This document shows positions 32,693 to 42,495 of a DNA stretch of 64,000 nt, in pieces (position 1 is the first letter of the stretch; each line of letters starts with the position of its first letter). Under the pieces are notes generated by a model, which searched no databases, was not told the origin of the DNA, and saw only the letters and a program-made list of their open reading frames with translations. Source of the stretch: Alteromonadaceae bacterium (lineage in GTDB: Bacteria > Pseudomonadota > Gammaproteobacteria > Enterobacterales > Alteromonadaceae); the NCBI GenBank assembly GCA_027013165.1, contig JALUXV010000217.1, positions 1,845 through 65,844 of the forward strand, in the 5' to 3' direction. A program made the translations under genes and the position numbers.

Positions 32693-33424
32693 TTATCCTG
32701 CGTTTTGAAGGATCCGCAATAACTCCGCAGCAGGTTTGTAGCCAGGCAATAAGGTTCCATCGTCTAAAATGATGTAAGGCGTCCCTTGAACACCCACTTG
32801 TTGACCAAAACGGTATTGTTCACCCACTTTATTATCACATTGGGCAACTGAGATAGGCTCGCCTGCTTTCGCGTCGGTTAGCGCTTGCATTGGATCTTCG
32901 GCACACCATACAGATACCATGTTATCAAATCCCGGCGTGTTAAAACCTGAGCGAGGGAAGGCTAAATAACGAACGGTGATTCCCATGTCATTAAGATCTT
33001 CTATCTCTTCGTGGAACTTACGGCAGTAACCACAAGTAATGTCCGTGTACACTGAAACTACGTACTTTTCGTCTTCAGCTTTAAACTCAATACTCGACGA
33101 AGCAAATTCAACGATCCCATCTTTGCGCTTGCCTGCTAACGCAGCGTCAGTTTCATTCCGCATACCTTCATCAAGATTGAACACTCTGGCTTGCACAAAA
33201 TACGTACCGTCGTTACTCACATAAAATAAACCTCGAGACGTGAACACTTCTCTTAAACCAGAAATGGGGGAATCGGATATTGTTTCCACTTCCATGCCCA
33301 GAAGCGCTTCTAGTTTCATTTTAATCGCCGCATCAGCGTTTTCAGTGTTCTGTTCCGCCATTGCTGAAAAACTAACTAATATATTCACTGCAAAGGCGAA
33401 CAAAAGGTAACCGGTGAATTTCAC
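32693..33424 (-). CDS. dsbC: Disulfide isomerase DsbC
   Basis: Signal peptide, DITCGYC, YLAFPR, GVQGTP; xerD-dsbC-recJ order. Confidence 0.95.
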   Translation of the reverse strand: MKFTGYLLFAFAVNILVSFSAMAEQNTENADAAIKMKLEALLGMEVETISDSPISGLREVFTSRGLFYVSNDGTYFVQARVFNLDEGMRNETDAALAGKRKDGIVEFASSSIEFKAEDEKYVVSVYTDITCGYCRKFHEEIEDLNDMGITVRYLAFPRSGFNTPGFDNMVSVWCAEDPMQALTDAKAGEPISVAQCDNKVGEQYRFGQQVGVQGTPYIILDDGTLLPGYKPAAELLRILQNAG

Positions 33425-33489
33425 TACTTAAACTCCGTAAACTAAATAATTGTAGAACGCTGGTTGTTCTACAAAAGTGATTCTAATCA

Positions 33490-33518
33490 TAAGACCCGCA
33501 ATTCAACAGAAAAATTCC
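33490..33518 (-). promoter_or_regulatory. Candidate sigma-E promoter of dsbC
   Basis: Minus strand GGAATTT-N17-TCTTA; dsbC is a known RpoE target in enterobacteria. Confidence 0.5.
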
Positions 33519-33555
33519 AAAGCACATTAGAGCATGGTATCACACAGTGATAGCA

Positions 33556-34473
33556 TTAACCTCTTGGATGGTGTTGTTCCACTAAATTCTGCATCCGCTC
33601 TCTGGCAACATGGGTATAAATCTGGGTAGTCGACAAATCACTGTGCCCTAATAGCATTTGCACTACTCGCAAATCTGCGCCATGGTTCAACAAATGAGTA
33701 GCAAAAGCATGGCGCAAAGTATGTGGAGACAACTCTTGGGTAATTCCCGCTTTGACCGCGTAGAATTTAATTCGATGCCAAAAGGTTTGGCGAGTCATTT
33801 GCGTACCACGCTTACTTAAAAATATCACGTCACTTTGCTGCTTTTGAAGTACTGGCCGCCCATATTTAATATACTGAAGCAAGCCTTCTATTGCCTGCTC
33901 TCCAAGGGGTACTAAACGCTCTTTGTTTCCCTTCCCGGTAACCCGAACTACCCCTTGCTGAAGGTTTATTTGATCGACACTCAAACTAATAAGCTCTGTA
34001 ACGCGAAGTCCTGTTGCATAAAGCACTTCTAACATGGCCTTATCGCGACACTCTATCGGGTCTTCTGTATTCGGAGCGTCCAACAAGGCTTCAACATCTG
34101 CTTCACTTAACGAATCAGGAAGCGGCTTAGGTAACTTAGGACGGGCAAGTGCAGTCACAGGGTTGTCTACGCGTACTTGATTGTCGATAAGAAAGTTGTA
34201 AAACGCGCGAAAGGCACTCAGTGCACGATGGGTGCTGCGCGCACTTAGCCCCTCTTGATGGCGTTGAAGCAAATAAGATTGTAAATTCTCGGTTGTTACC
34301 ACACCAATATCGTTAATCCCCATGTTGTTGCATGCAATAGCAAGCTTTTTTAAGTCGGTGCGGTAACTGCTTTGAGTGTGCTCTGACAAGCCTTTTTCAA
34401 GCCATAACATATCAATGAATTTATCAATATTGGCTTGGCTCGCTGCTGGTACATAAGTAAGTTCTCGCTTCAC
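33556..34473 (-). CDS. xerD: Tyrosine recombinase XerD
   Basis: LWLEKGLS, LYATGLRVTEL, GKGNKERLVP, HTLRHAFATH, TTQIYTHV; GTGA overlap with djlA. Confidence 0.96.
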   Translation of the reverse strand: MKRELTYVPAASQANIDKFIDMLWLEKGLSEHTQSSYRTDLKKLAIACNNMGINDIGVVTTENLQSYLLQRHQEGLSARSTHRALSAFRAFYNFLIDNQVRVDNPVTALARPKLPKPLPDSLSEADVEALLDAPNTEDPIECRDKAMLEVLYATGLRVTELISLSVDQINLQQGVVRVTGKGNKERLVPLGEQAIEGLLQYIKYGRPVLQKQQSDVIFLSKRGTQMTRQTFWHRIKFYAVKAGITQELSPHTLRHAFATHLLNHGADLRVVQMLLGHSDLSTTQIYTHVARERMQNLVEQHHPRG

Positions 34474-35312
34474 CCAAACTTCCTAGTTCTCTTAATAAGC
34501 TCGTAAGCGGATTGAATATCTTGTGTTTTCTGCTTCGCAATTTCTAGCGCTTGCTTGGGCAAGCCTTTCGACATTAACTTGTCTGGATGATGTTCAGACA
34601 TACGTTTTCGATAGGCGCGCTTGATGTCTTTTTCATTATCGCTCGCACTCACGCCTAGTATTTGGTAAGCGTCGGCAAGTGATTGTTGCTCAGAGTACTG
34701 GGAATGATTGGATTGACGCTGGGAACGACCCTGCCCCCCCTGACGAAACCTAACTTCGGCCTCAAAAATGCGAATGAGGTTATCAAGATCTATGCGTTTA
34801 AAGCCCAATGCCTTTGCGACTTTTTCTAATACTGTGTACTCAGGCTGAGACAAATCACCATCGGCAAAGGCTGCTTGTATTAATAGCTCAAGAAACACTT
34901 GCAAAATATCACGGCGCCCATGACATACTTCATGCAAACTTTTCAATGTATTGACCAGAGGAAAGTCTCGCTCTTTACCCTCTCTAAATGCCGCTTGAGC
35001 TTCTCGTTTCGCATCACCTGAAAGATTCATGTCATCCATTAAGGCAGATGCTATTTGGATTTCTTTTGTCGTTACTGTGCCGTCAGATTTCGCTAAATGT
35101 CCAAGGGCAGCAAATAGGCTGTGAAAGAATACGGCCTGCTGTTTGAGTCCGTCTTGATCAGTAAAAAATCGTCCAAAACCGCCAAGTTGAGAAAAGTCCT
35201 GGCTGTATGCTTTATCAAAGAAATGACCGACGATAAGTCCAAGAATTGCGCCGGGTATTTTTCCGAACATAAACCCGAAAATAAACCCGAGCACTTTACC
35301 CCATATCGCCAT
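34470..35312 (-). CDS. djlA: Co-chaperone DjlA
   Basis: Gly-rich N-terminal TM, TerB-like domain, C-terminal J domain with HPD. Confidence 0.96.
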   Translation of the reverse strand: MAIWGKVLGFIFGFMFGKIPGAILGLIVGHFFDKAYSQDFSQLGGFGRFFTDQDGLKQQAVFFHSLFAALGHLAKSDGTVTTKEIQIASALMDDMNLSGDAKREAQAAFREGKERDFPLVNTLKSLHEVCHGRRDILQVFLELLIQAAFADGDLSQPEYTVLEKVAKALGFKRIDLDNLIRIFEAEVRFRQGGQGRSQRQSNHSQYSEQQSLADAYQILGVSASDNEKDIKRAYRKRMSEHHPDKLMSKGLPKQALEIAKQKTQDIQSAYELIKRTRKFG

Positions 35313-35541
35313 AACTGTTTGTCTCCCAAGGTGTGACGGAATCTATCGGTAGTAAACAAAGTCTAATGAACAGCACAGAAGAAGCCCTTTTTAGCCGACA
35401 AATGACAATTTTTTTTGCTCCAACGGTTGGTAAATCCACAATAAGTGCTTAGAATTGCGCTCTTACCTTTGAGTAAGATGTTCAAGGATAACGGCTTACC
35501 AGCCAAACTTGAAGCGCACAAATACTAATAAACCGAATGTT

Positions 35542-35568
35542 GAACTCTACCTCAGTAATGGGGTCACA
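35542..35568 (+). promoter_or_regulatory. Candidate sigma-E promoter of lptD-surA
   Basis: GAACTC-N16-TCACA about 50 nt upstream of lptD. Confidence 0.45.
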
Positions 35569-35616
35569 GATAACGCATTCAAGCACTTATGAACTAAACA
35601 GGCAACTCACCCTCGC

Positions 35617-37845
35617 ATGAAAACGTCTTGTGCTCTATTCGTTTCCACATTGCTACTTTCTTCGATTGCTCATGCACAGCAAAGTACGGCGGTTAACAAT
35701 ATCAACTCATGTATTGTTGAACCCATGGTGCTGGACCAAACTCAATTAATGCCAGAAGGCCACGTAAAAGTAGAAGCAGATAGAACCGAAATCATAGAGA
35801 ACACCCTAGCACTGTTCTCGGGCGATGTGAGAATTACCTCAGATACTGCAATCATTAATGCACAACAAGCGCAAGTCAGTGAAAACGGAGAAAGCTTAAC
35901 TGCCTCGGGAAACGTAGAGTACCGCGACGCTCAGATAACCGTTCAAAGTGACAGTGTCTCTGTGTCCTCAGACGATGCTCAACTATCCATGGAAAACACC
36001 AGCTATACGCTAACGGGACTAAACGGAAGAGGTAATGCGAACGACATCACGTTAAACCAAAATGTGGGTTTACAACTAAACGATGTTTCCTTTACTACCT
36101 GCCCATTGGGCGGCGAAGACTGGAAAATCCAAGCTAGCGAAATCAGCTTAGCGCCTGGTTCCTTATGGGGTCAGGCTAAGCACACCCGTTTCTATGTAGC
36201 CGACATTCCCGTGTTTTATCTTCCTTACTTTGCATTTCCCATCAGTAATCAACGGCAAACAGGCTTCTTGTTTCCCAATATTTCAAGTTCAGCGCGAACC
36301 GGAGTTGATTACGAGCAGCCCTTTTACTGGAACCTCGCACCTAATTACGACATGACGCTCTCGCCAAGACTTATGACTCTGCGTGGTGTTCAGCTGAAAA
36401 CCGAATTTCGCTATATGTCTTCAAACAGCATGAGTGTGGCGAACCTAGAGTATTTACCTAGTGACCAAGACATAGAAGATTCACCAGACCGTTATTTCTT
36501 CAGACTTCAGCATCAGGGGCTTATTTTTGACGACTGGTTGTTGAATGTTGATTTCAATGGGCTAAGCGATGACAACTACCTAGTTGACCTTGGTTCCGAC
36601 TTTTACAACCGCTCTGATACACATTTATACAAGACGGTTAGCTTGAGCTATTTCTCTGAATCCCTCTCTGTCAATATGCACGTTAGAGATTTTGAAGTTC
36701 TGGGCGATGCTACTGATTCTTACCGAGCGCTACCAGAAATAAAACTCAACTATCAAACACAGTTAAGCGAATTACTTGAACTCAATATTGACTCTGAGGT
36801 TGCCTACTTTGATAGCAATGCAGGAACCCTTCCTTCGGCTGCGCGATTGCATGTGGCCCCCACCTTATCTGTTCCTATAAGAAGAGCATGGGGAGAATTT
36901 TCAGCCGAAGCCACCCTGATGAGTACGCTTTATCAACAGGATAATGTGGAAGGTACTGGCCTCGATGAAAATGTCACCAGAAACCTAGGCCAGTTGCGAT
37001 TATTCGGTGCGTTATACTTTGAAAAAGAGGGTTCTTGGTTGGGTAGTTCCTCTCAAATGACCCTAGAACCTAAGTTACAGTACTTGTATACCTCTTACGA
37101 GGACCAAAGTAATATAGGCCTTTATGACTCAACGCTACTAATTACCGACGTTGAAGGGCTTTTTCGCGGGCAGGAATTTACCGGCTTAGACCGTATCAGC
37201 GATAACGACCAAATCACTGTTGGCTTAACCTCTCGCGTTATAGACGAAAACAATAGGGAACAATTTGCCCTAAGCCTAGGTCAGATATTCTACCTCAGCG
37301 ACAGTAAAGTCGTTGCAGCGCAGCGAAATCGCGACCGCTCGGCGTTGGCTGCTGAAATGGATTGGCGAATTGGTGGAAAATGGTTTCTTCACTCCGATGT
37401 ACAAGTATCTACAGACAATGACAAAGTGGATTTGAGTAGTGTTGGCGTTGAGTATAGAGAAGATAGCCAGCGTTTTATTCAAATGACACATCGCTACGTG
37501 CGCAGTTTGTCTAATGAAACCATTGAGCAAGTTGGTGTATCAGCAAGTTGGCCAATAGCTAAAGATTGGCAATGGGTGGGACGGGCTTACCGCGATTTAG
37601 AGGGTAAGCGTAGCATAGAGTCGTATTTTGGTGTTCAATATGAGTCCTGCTGTTGGGCCGTAAGGCTTGTTGCCGAGCGCAGTTTAAGCAACCGGTATAA
37701 CAATGCTGGAGAGCAATCTACGAATGAATTTGATAGTGGTATTTCACTACAGTTTATTTTCAAAGGAATCGGCTCTCGGGGAACTCAGCGAAGTATGCTT
37801 TCCGACGGCATGTTTGGCTATCGACAACCATATAGTTTAAATTAG
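35617..37845 (+). CDS. lptD: LPS assembly outer-membrane protein LptD
   Basis: OstA-like N domain, FTTCP, YWNLAPNYD, GLDRI, YESCCW. Confidence 0.96.
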   Translation: MKTSCALFVSTLLLSSIAHAQQSTAVNNINSCIVEPMVLDQTQLMPEGHVKVEADRTEIIENTLALFSGDVRITSDTAIINAQQAQVSENGESLTASGNVEYRDAQITVQSDSVSVSSDDAQLSMENTSYTLTGLNGRGNANDITLNQNVGLQLNDVSFTTCPLGGEDWKIQASEISLAPGSLWGQAKHTRFYVADIPVFYLPYFAFPISNQRQTGFLFPNISSSARTGVDYEQPFYWNLAPNYDMTLSPRLMTLRGVQLKTEFRYMSSNSMSVANLEYLPSDQDIEDSPDRYFFRLQHQGLIFDDWLLNVDFNGLSDDNYLVDLGSDFYNRSDTHLYKTVSLSYFSESLSVNMHVRDFEVLGDATDSYRALPEIKLNYQTQLSELLELNIDSEVAYFDSNAGTLPSAARLHVAPTLSVPIRRAWGEFSAEATLMSTLYQQDNVEGTGLDENVTRNLGQLRLFGALYFEKEGSWLGSSSQMTLEPKLQYLYTSYEDQSNIGLYDSTLLITDVEGLFRGQEFTGLDRISDNDQITVGLTSRVIDENNREQFALSLGQIFYLSDSKVVAAQRNRDRSALAAEMDWRIGGKWFLHSDVQVSTDNDKVDLSSVGVEYREDSQRFIQMTHRYVRSLSNETIEQVGVSASWPIAKDWQWVGRAYRDLEGKRSIESYFGVQYESCCWAVRLVAERSLSNRYNNAGEQSTNEFDSGISLQFIFKGIGSRGTQRSMLSDGMFGYRQPYSLN

Positions 37846-37908
37846 AGCCATGTAAACAATGACGTTATTAAAGCGTCATTGATATTAACTAAATAAAAAA
37901 GAGTACGT

Positions 37909-39192
37909 ATGAAGTTCTTATTCAAGGTCTTAATGTTAAGCTCAATGCTCAGTATGAGTGTTGCAGCACAGGAAGTGTTACTAGACCGCGTTGCGGTAAT
38001 TGTTGATCAGGGGGTTGTGCTTGAGAGCGAGATTACATCGCTGATCGCTGACGTGAAAAGAAATGCAGAAGCTAATAATCAGTCGCTTCCCTCAGACCGA
38101 GCATTAAGAACACAGGCCATCGAAAGATTGATAGTGACCAACTTACAACTGCAAATGGCTGAGAAAATGGGCATTCAAATAAGTGACCCACAGCTAGATC
38201 AAACAATTGGTAATATTGCTAGTAGCCAAAATGTTTCTATAGAGGAAATGCGCCGTCAACTAGCGCTTGAGGGCATCGCTTATGAAGACTATCGCGAAGA
38301 CGTACGCGAAGAAATCATCATAGGTGAAGTGCGCCGAGCAAATGTTCGCCGCCGTGTTTACATCACAACTCAAGAAATTGATACCCTAGTCGATCTTATC
38401 GATCAACAAGGTGCACAACAGGCTGAGTACCGTTTAGGTCATATACTCATCGGCTTTCCACCATCGCCAACTGATGACGATATAAACGCTGCCCGAGACC
38501 GTGCCGATAAAGTGCTGGAATTGCTTAACGGCGGCTCCGACTTTGCAAAAATTGCTATTGCGTCTTCATCTGGTAATGAAGCGTTAGAAGGTGGTGATAT
38601 GGGCTGGAGCAATATCAACGCCATGCCTACACTGTTTGCCGAAGCTGTTCAGAATAAAGCAAAAGACGAGCTTGTAGGGCCTATTCGCAGTGGTGCGGGA
38701 TTTCATATTCTCAAAGTATTAGATACTCGTGGTATCGAACGGGTTACTGTTGAAGAAGTTAATTCGCGTCACATATTGGTTTCTCCATCAATTATATTGA
38801 GCGAAGAGAAAGCAGAACAAATGCTTGCTGAATTTCGAGTTCAAATTGAAAATGGTGAGGCAGACTTCGCCGAACTTGCAAAAGAGCACTCTGAAGATCC
38901 AGGCTCATCACTACGGGGTGGAGAGTTAGGCTGGACAGACCCAGAAGTATACGTGCCAGAGTTTAAGGAAGCACTTGCTAAACTAGCACCAGGTGAGTTT
39001 AGCGACCCAGTGCGCACAGTTCACGGTTGGCATTTAATTCAACTTATTGACCGAAGAGTTGACGACGCTACAGACAAACTAAAAACTGATAAAGCGTACC
39101 AATTGATTTACAACCGCAAATTTGCGGAAGAAACTGAAAATTGGCTACGCGAAATGCGTGATGCAGCGTATATTGAAGTTCTAGACTCGTAA
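37909..39192 (+). CDS. surA: Periplasmic chaperone/PPIase SurA
   Basis: LDRVAVIVDQGVVLESE, two parvulin domains (GGDMGW, GGELGW). Confidence 0.97.
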   Translation: MKFLFKVLMLSSMLSMSVAAQEVLLDRVAVIVDQGVVLESEITSLIADVKRNAEANNQSLPSDRALRTQAIERLIVTNLQLQMAEKMGIQISDPQLDQTIGNIASSQNVSIEEMRRQLALEGIAYEDYREDVREEIIIGEVRRANVRRRVYITTQEIDTLVDLIDQQGAQQAEYRLGHILIGFPPSPTDDDINAARDRADKVLELLNGGSDFAKIAIASSSGNEALEGGDMGWSNINAMPTLFAEAVQNKAKDELVGPIRSGAGFHILKVLDTRGIERVTVEEVNSRHILVSPSIILSEEKAEQMLAEFRVQIENGEADFAELAKEHSEDPGSSLRGGELGWTDPEVYVPEFKEALAKLAPGEFSDPVRTVHGWHLIQLIDRRVDDATDKLKTDKAYQLIYNRKFAEETENWLREMRDAAYIEVLDS

Positions 39193-39205
39193 ATAAGACA
39201 ATTGC

Positions 39206-40195
39206 ATGACCACAATTAAAAAACTAGCCATTACACCGGGTGAGCCTGCTGGCATTGGGCCAGACCTTATTATTCAGCTCGCCCAAGAGTCTTGGCAAGC
39301 ACAGCTGGTCGTATTCGCCGACCAGCAAATAATGGAACAAAGAGCAAAGCAACTAAACTTACCGCTCACCTTAATTCCTTATGATGCAAACAACACTGCC
39401 CTTCAAGAACCGGGCAGTTTGTATATTCAGCACATTGAAAAAAACGCTGAGGTGACGCCGGGTACCCTTGATAGCGAAAATGGCTTGTACGTAGTAGAAA
39501 CACTACGTCAAGCTTGCCAAGCGAATATGGAAGGTGACTTTGATGCTGTTGTTACCGGCCCAGTTCACAAGGGTATCATTAACAAAGCTGGGGTTTCTTT
39601 TAGCGGTCACACTGAATACTTTGCTTTGCAATCCAATACCATAGATGTGGTAATGTTGCTTGCAACAGAGGGACTTAACGTCGCGCTCGCCACCACACAT
39701 ATACCTTTAGAATACGTTTCTAGGGCGATTACACGTGAGCGATTGCACAAGGTCATTCATATAATAAACACCGACCTCAAACTTAAGTTTGGCATTAAAG
39801 AGCCACATATTTTCGTTTGTGGCCTCAACCCTCATGCTGGCGAAGATGGTCATATCGGTACCGAGGAAATTACCACCATTTCACCGGCGTTAGAAGAATT
39901 GCGCGCCGAAGGCATTCGCATAACAGGTCCGCTACCCGCAGATACTATCTTTCAGCAAAAATATTTGGATAATGCCGACGTAGTACTCGCTATGTATCAC
40001 GATCAAGGCTTACCTGTACTAAAATACAAAGGGTTTGGCGCCTCGGTGAATGTCACCTTGGGGCTACCATTTATCAGAACTTCTGTCGATCACGGAACGG
40101 CACTCGATTTAGCTGGAACAGGACACGCCGATGCGGGAAGTTTCAAAGTTGCTTTAGAAAAGGCCATTGAGCTAGCACACAATCACAATGAGTAA
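39206..40195 (+). CDS. pdxA: 4-hydroxythreonine-4-phosphate dehydrogenase
   Basis: [34 protein letters not shown]. Confidence 0.98.
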   Translation: MTTIKKLAITPGEPAGIGPDLIIQLAQESWQAQLVVFADQQIMEQRAKQLNLPLTLIPYDANNTALQEPGSLYIQHIEKNAEVTPGTLDSENGLYVVETLRQACQANMEGDFDAVVTGPVHKGIINKAGVSFSGHTEYFALQSNTIDVVMLLATEGLNVALATTHIPLEYVSRAITRERLHKVIHIINTDLKLKFGIKEPHIFVCGLNPHAGEDGHIGTEEITTISPALEELRAEGIRITGPLPADTIFQQKYLDNADVVLAMYHDQGLPVLKYKGFGASVNVTLGLPFIRTSVDHGTALDLAGTGHADAGSFKVALEKAIELAHNHNE

Positions 40196-41015
40196 AACAC
40201 ACTTGGGCCATACGGCCAGAAAGCGTTTCGGTCAGAACTTCCTGCACGACGAATACGTTATTGGTAACATTGTTGCCGCCATCGCTCCGAAACCGGGGCA
40301 AAACCTATTAGAAATTGGGCCGGGGTTGGGAGCACTAACTGACCCCGTATGCGAAGAAGTTGATGCACTCACCGTGGTGGAGCTAGACAGAGATCTTGCT
40401 AAACGCTTGCGACATCATCCGTTCCACGGTCAAAAGCTTTCAATTATTGAGCAAGACGCGTTAACGCTAGACTTTTCACAGGTTGCACAATCGCTACCTG
40501 AGGAGCGCGGCAAGTTAAGGGTTTTTGGAAACCTACCCTACAACATTTCTACGCCACTTATGTTCCATTTATTTTCCCATGCTGCTTACATTGCCGACAT
40601 GCACTTCATGCTGCAAAAAGAAGTGGTGACAAGACTAGCGGCGGGTCCGGGGTCAAAGCACTACGGACGCTTATCAGTAATGGCTCAATACTATTGTGCC
40701 ATTACACCGGTACTACAAGTTCCACCAGGTGCCTTTAAGCCGCCCCCGAAGGTGGACTCTGCTGTAGTTAGACTGATTCCCCATGAAAGGCCTCCTGTTG
40801 AAGTTGAATCCGTCGAGCTACTAGAAAGCGTATGTGCAGAAGCGTTTAACCAACGTAGAAAAACCTTGCGCAACGGTTTAAAAGATTTACTCACTGATAC
40901 GCAAATTAGTGAGTTGGGTATTGATCCAGGTGTACGAGCCGAAGTATTACCGCTCTCAGATTTTGCTAAACTAGCAAATGCCGTGGCTCAAAATACTACC
41001 CAAAAGGAAGGTTAA
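40188..41015 (+). CDS. rsmA: 16S rRNA dimethyltransferase RsmA/KsgA
   Basis: [31 protein letters not shown]. Confidence 0.98.
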   Translation: MSKTHLGHTARKRFGQNFLHDEYVIGNIVAAIAPKPGQNLLEIGPGLGALTDPVCEEVDALTVVELDRDLAKRLRHHPFHGQKLSIIEQDALTLDFSQVAQSLPEERGKLRVFGNLPYNISTPLMFHLFSHAAYIADMHFMLQKEVVTRLAAGPGSKHYGRLSVMAQYYCAITPVLQVPPGAFKPPPKVDSAVVRLIPHERPPVEVESVELLESVCAEAFNQRRKTLRNGLKDLLTDTQISELGIDPGVRAEVLPLSDFAKLANAVAQNTTQKEG

Positions 41016-41028
41016 GAAGGTCATTAAC

Positions 41029-41403
41029 ATGCAAGACCCCGATATCTTGGTTCGAGTACGCACTCGTCACCTACCCGATCACCTACCCAGTGACAGTGAA
41101 CAATATGCGTTTGCGTACCACATAACTATTGTCAACACGAGCGATGAAACAGTGCAGTTGAAACGCAGATATTGGCTGATTACTGACGCTAATGGAAAGT
41201 CGTCTGAAGTTGAAGGCGAAGGCGTAATTGGCAAACAGCCGATACTAGCGGCTGGCGAAGAATTTGATTATACCAGTGGAGCAATTATTGATACTCCACT
41301 GGGTAACATGCAAGGTTATTACGAAATGGAACGAGAGAGCGGTCAGCGCTTTCGCGTGCCTATTGATGTATTTAGACTTGCTGTTCCCAACCTTTTGCAC
41401 TAG
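41029..41403 (+). CDS. apaG: ApaG protein
   Basis: FAYHITI, RYWLITDANG, VEGEGVIGKQP; start placed at ATG 41029. Confidence 0.95.
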   Translation: MQDPDILVRVRTRHLPDHLPSDSEQYAFAYHITIVNTSDETVQLKRRYWLITDANGKSSEVEGEGVIGKQPILAAGEEFDYTSGAIIDTPLGNMQGYYEMERESGQRFRVPIDVFRLAVPNLLH

Positions 41404-41413
41404 ATGAGGCGCT

Positions 41414-42235
41414 ATGTCTGACGGACAAACCTGGGTCGTTGGAGATATACAAGGCTGTTATGACGGCCTTTGCCGTTTGCTCGACAAGATCAAATTTGAA
41501 CCACACAAAGACCAATTAGTTGCGGTGGGTGATTTAGTCGCAAGAGGAGAAGACTCACTCGCCACACTTCGTTTTCTGAAAGGTCTGGGAAACAGCTTTA
41601 CTACCGTATTGGGTAATCACGATTTACACCTACTTTCTGTTGTTCACCGCATTAAGAAAGTTAAGAAATCGGATAATCTGTCCAATTTGCTAGAAGCTAG
41701 TGACTTATCAGATCTTGTAGATTGGATGAGAGGTTTTGGCCTAGCTAAAGCTATTTCTGACAACCATACTATTGTTCATGCGGGACTCTACCCTCAGTGG
41801 TCGGTATCTGAACTACTTCAGTTTAGTGACGAAGTCAGTAGCGTATTACAAGCAAACGACTACCCAAATTTACTCGAACAAATGTATGGCAATGGACCTC
41901 GATATTGGGATGATGATTTGAAAGGCATAGATCGACTGCGATTTATTATTAATGCCTGTACAAGAATGCGCTTTTTAGCCCCCCAAGGTCAGCTCGACTT
42001 TGAAGTCAAAACACACCCCGATAGCGCACCGCGTGATTTCACCCCTTGGTTTAAAGTGAAAAATCACAAGCTAGCCAAAGATCAGAAAATACTTTTTGGA
42101 CATTGGGCAGCGTTACACGGTGAGACAGGAAAAAAGCAGTTTTGTGGTTTAGACACAGGATATGTGTGGGGACAAAGCTTATCTGCTATCAATCTATCGT
42201 CTGAAAAAATAACTTCCGTACTTTTTTCCTCTTAA
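41414..42235 (+). CDS. apaH: Symmetrical Ap4A hydrolase
   Basis: VGDIQGC, GDLVARG, LGNHDLH, FGHWAAL, LDTG. Confidence 0.97.
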   Translation: MSDGQTWVVGDIQGCYDGLCRLLDKIKFEPHKDQLVAVGDLVARGEDSLATLRFLKGLGNSFTTVLGNHDLHLLSVVHRIKKVKKSDNLSNLLEASDLSDLVDWMRGFGLAKAISDNHTIVHAGLYPQWSVSELLQFSDEVSSVLQANDYPNLLEQMYGNGPRYWDDDLKGIDRLRFIINACTRMRFLAPQGQLDFEVKTHPDSAPRDFTPWFKVKNHKLAKDQKILFGHWAALHGETGKKQFCGLDTGYVWGQSLSAINLSSEKITSVLFSS

Positions 42236-42332
42236 TTCCTTTATGCTTTTTACTTATTTTTAACAATTATTAGCACTTCCATCCTAAGCTAAGCTACTAT
42301 TTTAAAAAGAGTCTTAAATTTTAAAATAAAAT

Positions 42333-42360
42333 CTTAAGACAGATATCCTTTAGCCGATAC
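42333..42360 (+). promoter_or_regulatory. Candidate sigma-28 (FliA) promoter of the chemoreceptor gene
   Basis: CTTAAG-N14-GCCGATAC, close to CTAAAG-N14-GCCGATAA, upstream of an MCP. Confidence 0.7.
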
Positions 42361-42495
42361 CTACACAAACTCACTAGTTTAGTGACTTAACAAACTGGTT
42401 GAATGTGATTTTTACCTAAAAGTTAGGTAGGATGATGAATTGATAACAGTTGTATCGATACATAAAAATAATAATACGCAAATCCAGGAGTTCCG

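Noticed and set aside
33556-34473. Tyrosine recombinase as a possible integrase or island marker
   Set aside because: Sequence and xerD-dsbC-recJ context identify housekeeping XerD; no att sites or cargo genes seen.
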